Position numbers and translations under genes: made by a program
Notes under the pieces: model-generated
Told to the model about the DNA's origin: nothing
The model's database searches: none
The model's input: only the letters and a program-made list of their open reading frames with translations
Shown: piece by piece, positions 51,877-61,043 of the stretch
How positions within the stretch are numbered: position 1 is the stretch's first letter
Layout: every line of letters begins with the position of its first letter
Source: Myxococcota bacterium
GTDB taxonomy: Bacteria > Myxococcota_A > UBA9042 > PHBI01 > JAWLBL01
DNA length: 64,000 nucleotides
Direction of reading: 5' to 3'
Assembly (NCBI GenBank): GCA_041687695.1
Contig: JAWLBL010000026.1
Span: forward strand, 65,202-129,201

Positions 51877-52605
51877 ATGCTCGCCATCCTGCTCACCGCC
51901 GCCGCGTTCGCCACCTCCGTCCTGTCCGGCGTCTTCGGCATGGCCGGCGGCATGGTCCTGATGGGCCTGTACGCGGCCGTGCTCCCCATCCCCGCGGCCA
52001 TGGTCCTCCACGGCGTCACCCAGCTCACCGCCAACGGCGCCCGCGCCGTCCTGCTCCGACGCGCCATCCGCTGGCGCACCCTCGGCTGGTACGGCCTGGG
52101 GCTGTGCGCGAGCCTCGCGGCCTTCGCCTGGGCCGCCGTCGAGGTCGACCGCCCCACGCTGCTCGTCCTGCTCGGCGCCATCCCCATCGCCATGGCCCTC
52201 CTGCCGCCCCTCCCCGCGCTGGACGTCACCCGCCCCCGCGCCGCCGTCCTCTGCGGCGTCGTCGTCACCGCCGCCCAGCTGACCGCCGGCGCGTCCGGAC
52301 CGCTGCTGGACGTCTTCTTCGTGCGCTCGGACCTCGACCGCTACGCCGTCATCGCCACCAAGGCCTTCACCCAGTCGGTCGGCCACCTGACCAAGCTGCT
52401 CTACTTCGCGGCCCTCCTCGACTCCGCCCCGGCCGACCTCCCGTCCTGGCTCTTCCCGGCCTCCGTCGCCGCGGCCGTGCTCGGCACCCGAGCCGGCAAG
52501 GCGCTCCTCGAGCGCTTCAGCGAGGCCGCCTTCCGCCGCTGGAGCGCCCGCCTCGTCCTCGGGCTCGGCGCCGTCTACGTCCTCGAGGGGCTGCGCGCGC
52601 TCTGA
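51877..52605 (+). CDS. Sulfite exporter TauE/SafE-family membrane protein
   Basis: SGVFGMAGG and GASGP motifs; about 8 TM segments; divergent from LysR. Confidence 0.85.
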   Translation: MLAILLTAAAFATSVLSGVFGMAGGMVLMGLYAAVLPIPAAMVLHGVTQLTANGARAVLLRRAIRWRTLGWYGLGLCASLAAFAWAAVEVDRPTLLVLLGAIPIAMALLPPLPALDVTRPRAAVLCGVVVTAAQLTAGASGPLLDVFFVRSDLDRYAVIATKAFTQSVGHLTKLLYFAALLDSAPADLPSWLFPASVAAAVLGTRAGKALLERFSEAAFRRWSARLVLGLGAVYVLEGLRAL

Positions 52606-52681
52606 GCCGCCGGAGTCGGCCGGAAGGGGACCCGACCTTATGGAGCGTCGAGGCCCGCCCGCTCCGTGAACGTCGGGCGGC

Positions 52682-53596
52682 TCAGGGCCTGGGAGCGAGC
52701 GACTCGGCGGGCTCGGCCAGCGCGCGGGCGCGCAGGACGGCGCTGGTCTCGCCGCCGTGAGGGGCCCAGCCGGGGGGGCCGAAGACGTAGCCCAGGGCCT
52801 CGGAGAGCGAGCGCGCCTGCTTCACGTCGCGCGCGATGGCGGCCCACTCGTGGAAGGCGATGCGCAGCGGGTTGAAGGTGTCGAGGGGCTTGACCAGGCC
52901 GTAGTCGGGGGTCGCCGACTCGGGCTCGAAGGTGCCGAAGAGGCGGTCCCACACGATGAGGATGCCGCCGTGGTTGCGGTCGAGGTAGCGCGCGTCACGG
53001 CCGTGGTGGACGCGGTGGTGGGAGGGCGTGTTGAGGACCCACTCGAGCGGGCCGAGCTTGCCCATCCACTCGACGTGGAGCCAGTACTGGTACAGGAGCG
53101 AGATCGCCTGCTGGACCAGGATCATCGCCGGGTGGAAGCCGAGCAGCGGCAGCGGCAGCCAGAAGAGGATCCCCGTGAAGGGGGTGGTCCACGACTGCCG
53201 GAGCGCCGTCGAGAGGTTGTAGTGGCGGCTCGAGTGGTGGTTGACGTGCGCCGCCCAGAACAGGCGCACCTCGTGGCTGACCCGGTGGAACCAGTAGTAG
53301 CAGAAGTCCTCGCTCACGAAGAGGAGCAGCCAGACCCACCACGCGCCCACGGGGAGGTCGAACAGGCGCGCCTCGTAGAGCCAGGCCCAGAGCACGACCA
53401 CACCGACCTTGACGAGGGCCGAGAGGATGACGTTGCCGACGCCCATGGTGAGGCTCGCCAGCGTGTCGCGGGTCTCGTAGCCGCGGAGGGGGGCGCCGTC
53501 CGCGGCGCGGCGCCCCTGCGCCTTGCGCGCCCACAGCGCCTCGGCGAGGACGGTGAGGAGGAAGGCCGGGACGGCATAGTAGATGAGCGTCGACAT
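52682..53596 (-). CDS. Sterol desaturase/fatty-acid hydroxylase family protein (alkylglycerol monooxygenase-like)
   Basis: His boxes HRVSH, HVNHH, HHRVHH; YNLSTALRQ; WDRLFGTF. Confidence 0.9.
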   Translation of the reverse strand: MSTLIYYAVPAFLLTVLAEALWARKAQGRRAADGAPLRGYETRDTLASLTMGVGNVILSALVKVGVVVLWAWLYEARLFDLPVGAWWVWLLLFVSEDFCYYWFHRVSHEVRLFWAAHVNHHSSRHYNLSTALRQSWTTPFTGILFWLPLPLLGFHPAMILVQQAISLLYQYWLHVEWMGKLGPLEWVLNTPSHHRVHHGRDARYLDRNHGGILIVWDRLFGTFEPESATPDYGLVKPLDTFNPLRIAFHEWAAIARDVKQARSLSEALGYVFGPPGWAPHGGETSAVLRARALAEPAESLAPRP

Positions 53597-53597
53597 G

Positions 53598-54239
53598 TCA
53601 GCCCCTCGTGGCCGCGGAGGGGAGCCCCGCCGCGACGAGCTCGTTGCGCGCGACCCGCTCGAAGAAGTCCAGCATCGCGTGCCCCTGCCCGGAGTCGCTG
53701 TCGAACAGGCCGAGCGAGGCACCCTGCATGGCCCAGACCACCGCGTCGACGCCGCTCGTCAGCCCCGGATGCGCCGCGAGCTCCGGCAGGAGCGCGCGGG
53801 CCTCGGCGTGGATGGTCGCGCGGTGCGCGGCGAGCAGCGGCTCGATCGCGCGCGCGAGCTCCCGATCGGTGCGCGCCGACACGTAGACCTCGAAGAGCCC
53901 CTGCATCGCGGGCCGCTCGAAGACCCGCCACAGGGCCGCCACGCCCAGGCGCAGCCTCGCGTCGAGATCGGGCGGGGCCTGTCTCGGCAGCTCGTCGCGG
54001 AACGCTTGCACCAGCGACGCGAGGGCGGCCTGCACGCTGGCCGCGAGGAGATCGAGCTTGGTCGGGAACTGCTTGAACAGCGCCCCCTGAGAGACCCCGG
54101 CGCGCGCCGCCACCGCCGCCGTCGTCGTGCCCTTCAGGCCCTGATCGATGAGGAGCGCGGCCGCCGCCTCGACGAGGCGGGCGCGCGTGGCGATCGCCCG
54201 AGCCTGCTGGGGGCGTCCACTCTGCGATGCGTTGGCCAT
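53598..54239 (-). CDS. TetR/AcrR-family regulator
   Basis: TTTAAVAARAGVSQGALFKQFPTK HTH. Confidence 0.93.
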   Translation of the reverse strand: MANASQSGRPQQARAIATRARLVEAAAALLIDQGLKGTTTAAVAARAGVSQGALFKQFPTKLDLLAASVQAALASLVQAFRDELPRQAPPDLDARLRLGVAALWRVFERPAMQGLFEVYVSARTDRELARAIEPLLAAHRATIHAEARALLPELAAHPGLTSGVDAVVWAMQGASLGLFDSDSGQGHAMLDFFERVARNELVAAGLPSAATRG

Positions 54240-54255
54240 GCCCGGACGCTACCAC

Positions 54256-54279
54256 AAGAAAGCGAGTGGTCACTTTCTT
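54256..54279. promoter_or_regulatory. Probable TetR operator
   Basis: AAGAAAGCGAGTGGTCACTTTCTT imperfect palindrome immediately upstream of the tetR start. Confidence 0.7.
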
Positions 54280-54406
54280 TTTTTGCGGCGGCGGGAGCCA
54301 GCGGCCTACGGTGCGCGGCTCGCGAGCCGCAGGCGGGGAGAGCGCATGGCAGGGGACCCGGCCGGTCGGGCCGCGTGGACCAGGCCGGCCGGGACCCCCG
54401 GGGGCC

Positions 54407-55324
54407 TCACTCGCAGGCGAGCGAGGCGTCGAAGGTGACGCTGAGCGTCTGGGGTTTGCCGGGCTTACGGACGAGCAGCTCGTCGAGGTAGAGGTCGCCC
54501 TCGGCGTCGAGCACGCGGAAGCGGAGGATGTCGCCGGGCGAGCCGGCGACCTTGCCGCCGAGCTTCAGCGTGTTCGAGCCGGGCGCCGCCGCGATGGGGA
54601 GCTGGTAGACCTTCTTGGTCGGGAAGGCGTTGGGGCCCAGGACCACCGCGCCGTTGAGGGAGACCCAGGCGGCGGTCACGCCCTGGTTGCTGACCTCGAG
54701 GGTGAGCGGCGCGCAGGTGACCGGAGGCTCGGTCGGCTCGGGCTCGGGCTCGGGCTCAGGCTCGGGTTCGGGCTCAGGCTCGGGCTGGGTCGGCTCGGTC
54801 GGCTCAGTCGGCTCGGTCGGCTCGGTCGGCTCGGTGGGCTCGGTCGGCTCGGTCGGTTCGGTCGGCTCGGTTGGCTCGGTCGGCTCGGTGGGCTCGGGCT
54901 CGGGCTGCGTCGGCTCGGTCGGCTCGGTGGGCTCGGTGGGCTCGGTGGGCTCCGGCGGCGTGGTGGGATCGGAGGGTTCCACGTCCGGCACACACAGGTA
55001 GATCACGTCGACCGCGTAGTCGGTCGCCTTCAGGCAGCGCCAGTCACCCGGGCAGGACTCGACGCAGGGGGTCGTGCAGACCGAGCCCTCGGGTCCGGGC
55101 ACGCACCAGCCGGTCTGGCAGTCGCTCTCGCCCTCGCAGGGTTGGCCGAAGTCGGCGGGCAGGCTGGGGTCCGTGAGGCCGCCCGGCGTCAGGCCGGGGC
55201 CGGGCGCCGTCGGCGACTCGGCGGCCTCCTCGGGCGGGGGCTCGTCCAGGCAGCCCGCCGCGAACAGGGCGGCGCAGGCGAGGGGGGCGAGCAGCTTGAG
55301 GCGCAGGGTGACGGTGGTCATCAC
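54407..55324 (-). CDS. Lipoprotein: Cys-rich domain, (EPT/EP)n linker, C-terminal beta domain (copy 2)
   Basis: Lipobox AAGC; DFGQPC..DCQTGWCV..CTTPC; NQGVTAAWV...KVAGSPGD; clear paralogue of 49651..50670. Confidence 0.85.
   Translation of the reverse strand: MMTTVTLRLKLLAPLACAALFAAGCLDEPPPEEAAESPTAPGPGLTPGGLTDPSLPADFGQPCEGESDCQTGWCVPGPEGSVCTTPCVESCPGDWRCLKATDYAVDVIYLCVPDVEPSDPTTPPEPTEPTEPTEPTEPTQPEPEPTEPTEPTEPTEPTEPTEPTEPTEPTEPTEPTEPTQPEPEPEPEPEPEPEPEPTEPPVTCAPLTLEVSNQGVTAAWVSLNGAVVLGPNAFPTKKVYQLPIAAAPGSNTLKLGGKVAGSPGDILRFRVLDAEGDLYLDELLVRKPGKPQTLSVTFDASLACE
54723..54955. repeat. Coding tandem repeats (EPT 9-bp and EP 6-bp units)
   Basis: GGCTCGGT(C/G) and GGCTCG arrays; boundaries approximate. 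Confidence 0.9.
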
Positions 55325-55513
55325 GGGGCTCCCGAGGTGCGGCCGGCGACCCCATGCCGCTGGCCCAGCCCACGAGCTACACCGCCGAGATCATTCGTGG
55401 AAAGGGCGCGTCCTCCCTGCGCCGCGGCGTCCGAGGCGGCCGAACGCGCGCCTCGTCCGCGCGCCGCTTGGCCGAGCCGAGCTTGCTACCTGCCCGATAA
55501 CATTGGCTTTCAG
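55322..55513 (-). promoter_or_regulatory. Conserved upstream element of EPT lipoprotein copy 2
   Basis: Blocks shared with 50671-50863. Confidence 0.7.
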
Positions 55514-55558
55514 TCGCCACCCGGCGGCCGCCCGGGGCGGTGGCCGCGCGCCGCCCGA

Positions 55559-56167
55559 TCACAGGAACCGGCGCAGCTGCTCCTGGAAGGCGATCTGATC
55601 GACCAGGTCGGTCAGGTAGTCCTGGCGCTCGCTGTCCCAGACCAGGACCGGGCTGGCCGTGTACGACCCGACCCAGCGCTCGTACAGGCGGTTCAGGTTC
55701 TGCAGGTAGCTGGTCGGGATGGCCTGCTCGCTGGGGCGGCCGCGCTGCTTGATGCGCCGGCGCACGGCGCGGACGGAGCAGCGCAGGTAGATCAGCAGAT
55801 CGGGCGGCCGCAGGACCGTCTGCATGCTCTCGTACAGCTCACAGTAGGTCTTCCAGTCGCGCTCGCCCATCAGGCCGCTCGCGTACAGGTTGCGGCAGAA
55901 GATCTCGGCGTCCTCGTAGATCGTGCGGTCCTGGACGACCGTCTGCGGGTGGTCGGTCAGGCCCAGGTGCAGCCGGAACTTGTGGGTCAGGAAGTAGATC
56001 TGGCTCTGGAACGACCACGCCCTCATGTCGGCGTAGAAGTCGTCGAGGTAGGGGTTGTCCATGAACGGCTCGTACACGGGCTCGAAGTCGTGGCGCGCCT
56101 TCAGGAAGGCCACGAGCGAGCTCTTGCCGCTGCCGATGTTGCCGGCTACCGCGATGAACTTCTTCAC
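55559..56167 (-). CDS. dck: Deoxynucleoside kinase, Dck-like
   Basis: VAGNIGSGKS P-loop, DNPYL, WSFQSQIYFL, VQDRTIYED, RIKQRGR; resembles B. subtilis Dck. Confidence 0.8.
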   Translation of the reverse strand: MKKFIAVAGNIGSGKSSLVAFLKARHDFEPVYEPFMDNPYLDDFYADMRAWSFQSQIYFLTHKFRLHLGLTDHPQTVVQDRTIYEDAEIFCRNLYASGLMGERDWKTYCELYESMQTVLRPPDLLIYLRCSVRAVRRRIKQRGRPSEQAIPTSYLQNLNRLYERWVGSYTASPVLVWDSERQDYLTDLVDQIAFQEQLRRFL

Positions 56168-56329
56168 GCGCGGGACGATGGCACCTGCGGCACGTCGCGA
56201 CAAGGGCCTACAGGGGCCTGGCGTTGCCCGCGCCCGGGCCCTCGGCTACGGTCGCGCCGACGAACCACCCGGGTCGCCCCGCCGCGAGGTCGGCGGAGGC
56301 CCACGAACCTCTCGAGCAACGGAGCCGCC

Positions 56330-56809
56330 GTGAGCTTTCGGGACAAGCTGCTGCAGGCCGGCCTCATCAGCGAGGAGCAGGCGAAGAAGGCCGCCCGCGA
56401 GGAGCGCGGGCAGAAGAAGGCCAAGGGCCACAAGGGCGCGCAGGCCGAGCGCCAGGCCCGGAGCGCCCAGACCGAGGCCCAGCTGGCGCAGCGCCGCGAG
56501 GCCGACCGGGCGCGCGAGCTGGCCCGCCGGAGCGAGGCCGAGCAGAAGGAGGCCGAGCACCGCGCCGCGCAGATCGCCGCCAGCGGCCAGGTGAAGCACC
56601 TGGGGCGCCCCTCGCGGCGCTGGTACTTCGTCGCCCGCGACGGGCGCGTGCCCTACCTCGAGGTCAACGAGGACGCCGCCGGCCAGCTCGAGCGAGGCAC
56701 GGCGGCCCTGGTCGAGCCGGCCACGGGCGACCCGCTGGTGGTCGCCGCCGAGGCCGCCGAGCGCCTCGAGCCGCTGGTGGCGGGCTGGATCCGCGCCTGG
56801 AACCGCTGA
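56330..56809 (+). CDS. DUF2058 (YaiL-like) family protein
   Basis: (M)SFRDKLLQAGL N-terminus, charged helix with DRAREL, C-terminal YFV..G..YLEV. Confidence 0.75.
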   Translation: MSFRDKLLQAGLISEEQAKKAAREERGQKKAKGHKGAQAERQARSAQTEAQLAQRREADRARELARRSEAEQKEAEHRAAQIAASGQVKHLGRPSRRWYFVARDGRVPYLEVNEDAAGQLERGTAALVEPATGDPLVVAAEAAERLEPLVAGWIRAWNR

Positions 56810-56830
56810 TCCGCCCGCCCCAGCCGCCGA

Positions 56831-58942
56831 TCACGCGTTGCGCGCCTCGCTGCGCGGCACCCCCAGGGCGGCGCGCCGGCTGAGCTGCAGGCGACCCCGG
56901 TTGTCCGTGCCGGTCACCCGGATGAGGACCTCGTCGCCCACCGACACCACGTCCGAGACGTTCGCGACCCGCCCCTCCTCGAGCTCGCTGACGTGCACCA
57001 GGCCCTCGTGCTCGCCGATGCGCACGAAGCAGCCGAAGTCCTTGATGCTGACCACGGTCGCCACGTAGACCGCGCCCTGCGTCAGCTCCAGCGTCACGCC
57101 CTCGATGCGCCGCATGGCCGCCCGCACGCCCTCGGCGTCCTGGCCGAAGATGCGCACCGACCCGTCCTCGGCGATGTCGATGCGCGTGCGCGTCGACCCC
57201 TGGATGTCCTTGATGGTGCTGCCGCCGCTGCCGATGACCGCCCCGATCTTCTTGGGGTCGATCTTCATCGTCGCGACCTGCGGCGCGTGCGCGGCCACCT
57301 CGGCGCGCGGCGCCCCGAGCGCCTTGCCCATCTCGCCCAGGATGTGCGTCAGCCCACGGCGCGCCTGCGCGATGGCCTGCGTGAAGACCTCGCGCGGCAG
57401 GCTGCCCAGCTTGTTGTCCAGCTGCACGGCCGTGACGCCGCTGGCCGTTCCCGCCACCTTGAAGTCCATGTCGCCCAGGTGGTCCTCGTCCCCCAGGATG
57501 TCCGACAGGACGACCCGCCGGTCGCCCTCGGCGATGAGGCCCATCGCGATGCCGGCCACCGGCTCGCGCACCGGCACGCCCGCGTCCATCAGCGCGAGGC
57601 ACCCGCCGCACACCGTGGCCATCGACGACGACCCGTTCGACTCGGTGATGTCCGACACGATGCGCAGCGTGTACGGGAAGGCGCGCTGGTCGGGCAGCAC
57701 CGCCGCCAGCGCCCGCCGCGCCAGGTTGCCGTGGCCGATCTCGCGCCGCCCCGGGCCGCGGTTGGGGCGCGCCTCACCCACCGAGAACGGCGGGAAGTTG
57801 TAGTGCAGCATGAACGGGTCGCTCTCGCGCCCGCCCACCGTGTCGTAGTCCAGCGCGTCCTTCTCGCCGCCCAGGGTCACGCTGACCAGCGCCTGGGTCT
57901 CGCCGCGCGTGAACAGGGCCGAGCCGTGGTTGCTCTCGAGCAGCCCGACCCGGATGGCGATGTCGCGCACCGCGTCCATGGCGCGCCCGCCGATGCGGTG
58001 GCCGTCCAGGATGCGCGCCCGCATGACGTGGTGCAGCAGCGCCTCGAAGGCCGCCCCGATCTCGCCCGCGTCCTCGCCCCGCTCGGCGGCCGTGGCGGCC
58101 AGGTCGGCCTTCACGCGGTGCCGCACCTCGTCGATGGCGGCGCGCCGCCCGTGCTTGTCGTCGACCGCCAGCGCCTCGTGCAGCGCCGCCTCGGCGGCCT
58201 GACGCACCGCCTCGGCCAGCCCCGGGTCGCGCGCCGGCACCGCGTGGGCGCGCTTGTCCTTGCCGCACCGCGCCCGCAGCCGGTCCAGCGCGTCCAACAG
58301 CGGCTGGATCGCCTCGTTCGCCGCGTCCAGCGCGTCCAGCACGGCCTCGTCGGGCACCGCGGCGGCCTCGCCCTCGACCATCACCAGCCCGTCGCGGCTG
58401 GCCGACACGATGAAGTCCAGGTCCGCCCGGCGCCGCTCGCCCGGGCGCGCCAGCGCGACGATCTGGCCGTCGACCCGGCTCAGGCGCAGCCCGCCCACCG
58501 GGCCGTCGAAGGGCAGGTCCGAGACGTGCAGCGCGGCCGAGGCCGCGATGAGCGCCAGGCTCTCGAGGTCGCTCACTTCGTCGGCACCATAGACGGTGAC
58601 CATGACTTGCGTGTCACACCGGAAGCCCTCGGCGAACAGCGGCCGCAGGGTGCGGTCGATGAGGCGGCTCGTCAGGACCTCGCGGTCGCTGATGCGGCCC
58701 TCGCGGCGCCCGTAGGCCCCCGGGATGCGCCCGCCGGCGGCCATCTTCTCGCGGTACTCGACCGTCAGCGGGAAGAAGTCCTGGCCGGGGCGAGGCGCGG
58801 CCTCGGCGACGACGGTGGCTAGGAGGAAGCTGCGGCCTTCGCGCACGACGACGGCGCCGTGGGCCTGGCGGGCGATCTCGCCCGTCTCGAGGGTGAGCTC
58901 GACGCCGCCCAGCTGGACGGTCTCGGTGACCTTGCTCTGCAC
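56831..58942 (-). CDS. pnp: Polyribonucleotide nucleotidyltransferase (PNPase), divergent
   Basis: [66 protein letters not shown] and S1 domains. Confidence 0.93.
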   Translation of the reverse strand: MQSKVTETVQLGGVELTLETGEIARQAHGAVVVREGRSFLLATVVAEAAPRPGQDFFPLTVEYREKMAAGGRIPGAYGRREGRISDREVLTSRLIDRTLRPLFAEGFRCDTQVMVTVYGADEVSDLESLALIAASAALHVSDLPFDGPVGGLRLSRVDGQIVALARPGERRRADLDFIVSASRDGLVMVEGEAAAVPDEAVLDALDAANEAIQPLLDALDRLRARCGKDKRAHAVPARDPGLAEAVRQAAEAALHEALAVDDKHGRRAAIDEVRHRVKADLAATAAERGEDAGEIGAAFEALLHHVMRARILDGHRIGGRAMDAVRDIAIRVGLLESNHGSALFTRGETQALVSVTLGGEKDALDYDTVGGRESDPFMLHYNFPPFSVGEARPNRGPGRREIGHGNLARRALAAVLPDQRAFPYTLRIVSDITESNGSSSMATVCGGCLALMDAGVPVREPVAGIAMGLIAEGDRRVVLSDILGDEDHLGDMDFKVAGTASGVTAVQLDNKLGSLPREVFTQAIAQARRGLTHILGEMGKALGAPRAEVAAHAPQVATMKIDPKKIGAVIGSGGSTIKDIQGSTRTRIDIAEDGSVRIFGQDAEGVRAAMRRIEGVTLELTQGAVYVATVVSIKDFGCFVRIGEHEGLVHVSELEEGRVANVSDVVSVGDEVLIRVTGTDNRGRLQLSRRAALGVPRSEARNA

Positions 58943-59139
58943 GTGGGCTCCTGAGGGGGAGGAGGCGGTGGGTTCGTTGGAAGGCGCGTACCCTAACCGC
59001 ATCGCGCCGGGCCCGTGAAGCACGGTGTTCCGAGCCGCCCCGTCCCGCCCCGAGCGCCTCGCCCCGACCCGTGAAGCGGGGCTGGCGCCGACCTCGGGCG
59101 CTCGACTATGCTCCGCGCCACCGCGTGAGGACGCCCATG

Positions 59140-59155
59140 TGGCGCGTGGATTGCA
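59140..59155 (+). promoter_or_regulatory. Sigma-54 (-24/-12) promoter
   Basis: TGGCGCGTGGATTGCA matches TGGCACG-N4-TTGCW; a second weaker site CGGCACGGGGACCGCA at 59220-59235. Confidence 0.65.
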
Positions 59156-59262
59156 TGACGAGGTCGAAGGGGCCCGTGGCGCGTGGGTGCGCTGCGGGGC
59201 CGTGGGGACGCGCGGCCCTCGGCACGGGGACCGCATCGATGGCGAGCGAAACGGAGCGACCG

Positions 59263-60915
59263 ATGACGAAGCATCTCAGGTTGGGTTTGTCGACGCTGGC
59301 GTTGTCGCTAGCGCTGCAGGGGGCCGCGCTGGCGGCCGAGAGCGAGGCGCCGTCCGGCGACATGGCCATCCCGCCGCCGCAGAAGTGCGTGGACGACAGC
59401 CAGTGTCCCGACGGCGCCTTCTGCAACGAGGGCATGTGCTATTTTGGTACGCCGTGTAGCGAATCGTCCGAGTGCTTCGACGGCGAGGTCTGCCACAACG
59501 GTGTCTGCGAGTGGGACAACAGCTGCTCGGTCGACGCGGACTGCGGTGACGTCGGGTGGAGCTGCATCGACCACTGGTGCGAGTACACCTACGGCCCGTG
59601 CGAGACGAACGCCGAGTGCAGCTTCGGCGACGTCTGCTACGACGGCTGGTGCCAGTGGGACAACACCTGCGAGACGTCGGCCGACTGCGAGATGGGCTTC
59701 GCCTGCTACGAGGGCTGGTGCCAGTGGGACGACAGCTGCGAGAGCGACGCCGACTGCGGCGGCGGCGAGTGCGTGAACGGCTGGTGCGAGTGGCCGATGC
59801 CCACTTGGTGCGAGAGCGATCTCGACTGCGGTGAGGGCGAGCTGTGCATGTGGGGCTACTGCGAGTCCAAGAACGGCTGGTGCCAGACCGACGCCGACTG
59901 CGGCCAGCACGCCTGGTGCCAGCCTCTGGGCTGGAGCGAGCCGACCTGGCCGACCGACCCGCCGCCCGAGCCGTCGTTCGATGCCGGGTCGTGGGAAGAC
60001 GCGGGGGCGTCGACGGACGGTGGGTCCAGCGGTGAGTGGGACGCGGGCCCGATGCCCGTCGACGACGCCTGGGCGCCGCCGGACGCGGTCGAGGACGGCT
60101 GGGGCGGCGACGCCGGCCCGGCGCCGAGCTGGGGCCAGTGCTACGTCGACCCCGAGACCATCCCGCTGACCGAGAACTGCCAGACGGTGTGCGACAAGAT
60201 CACCGAGTGCTTCGGCGCGATGACGAGCCCCGAGGAGGCCGAGGAGATGGCCAAGTTCTGCAAGGGCAGCTGCGGCTACGCGAGCGCCAACGGCATCGCG
60301 GTCGAGGAGACCTCGGCGCTGGCGCAGTGTGTCGAGCAGGCCGACTGCAGCACCCTGGAGACCGTCTGCCAGACCGAGGGCGAGACCTGGGGGGCCATCA
60401 TCGAGGACCTGAACATCGGCATCCTCGGCCTCGGCGGCGGGCCCGTGGAGCCGGGTGAGGACACGGGCGGCGGCTGGGACGCCGGCCCGACGCAGGACAT
60501 CGGCTTCAGCGACGTCCCGGCGCAGGACGTCCCCTGGTCCGATGGCGGCAGCGATCTGGGGCCGCAGCCGACAGAGGACACCGGCACGAGCACCGACACC
60601 GGCCCGTCGCCGGACGCCACGCCCGGCACGGACACCGGTCCCTCGCAGGACGCCACCCCGGGCGAGGACACGACCCCGGGCGAGGACACGACCCCGGGCG
60701 AGGACACCGCGCCGAGCGAGGACACCGCCCCGGGCCCCGACGGGAGCGGCGGCAACGACACCGCCCCCGGCGCCGACGTGGGCACGGCGAACCCGCCGAG
60801 CGGCTCGGGCGGCGGCGGCGGCTGCGAGGGTGGTCAGGGCACCCAGGGCCTGGTCGGCGTGCTGCTGGCCGCGCTCGCGGTCGTGCTGACGCGCCGGCGC
60901 CGCGCGGCGGCCTGA
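59263..60915 (+). CDS. Secreted Cys/Trp-rich repeat surface protein with MYXO-CTERM-like sorting tail
   Basis: Signal peptide; about 9 CxxDxDCxxGxxCxxGWC repeats; EDTTPG repeats; GGGGC, TM helix and RRRR C-terminus. Confidence 0.85.
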   Translation: MTKHLRLGLSTLALSLALQGAALAAESEAPSGDMAIPPPQKCVDDSQCPDGAFCNEGMCYFGTPCSESSECFDGEVCHNGVCEWDNSCSVDADCGDVGWSCIDHWCEYTYGPCETNAECSFGDVCYDGWCQWDNTCETSADCEMGFACYEGWCQWDDSCESDADCGGGECVNGWCEWPMPTWCESDLDCGEGELCMWGYCESKNGWCQTDADCGQHAWCQPLGWSEPTWPTDPPPEPSFDAGSWEDAGASTDGGSSGEWDAGPMPVDDAWAPPDAVEDGWGGDAGPAPSWGQCYVDPETIPLTENCQTVCDKITECFGAMTSPEEAEEMAKFCKGSCGYASANGIAVEETSALAQCVEQADCSTLETVCQTEGETWGAIIEDLNIGILGLGGGPVEPGEDTGGGWDAGPTQDIGFSDVPAQDVPWSDGGSDLGPQPTEDTGTSTDTGPSPDATPGTDTGPSQDATPGEDTTPGEDTTPGEDTAPSEDTAPGPDGSGGNDTAPGADVGTANPPSGSGGGGGCEGGQGTQGLVGVLLAALAVVLTRRRRAAA

Positions 60916-60937
60916 CGGTCATCGCCGTAGGGTGACG

Positions 60938-60973
60938 ACGGGCCTCGGCTTCGGCTGGGGCCCGTTTTTTTTT
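60938..60973 (+). terminator. Rho-independent terminator
   Basis: ACGGGCCTCGGC-TTCG-GCTGGGGCCCGT followed by a T tract. Confidence 0.9.
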
Positions 60974-61043
60974 GCCCTCTGATTTGTGTGCGGCCGTCGC
61001 GCCAAGGTTGCCCGGGTCCGCGGGCCGAGGGCACAATGGCGAC

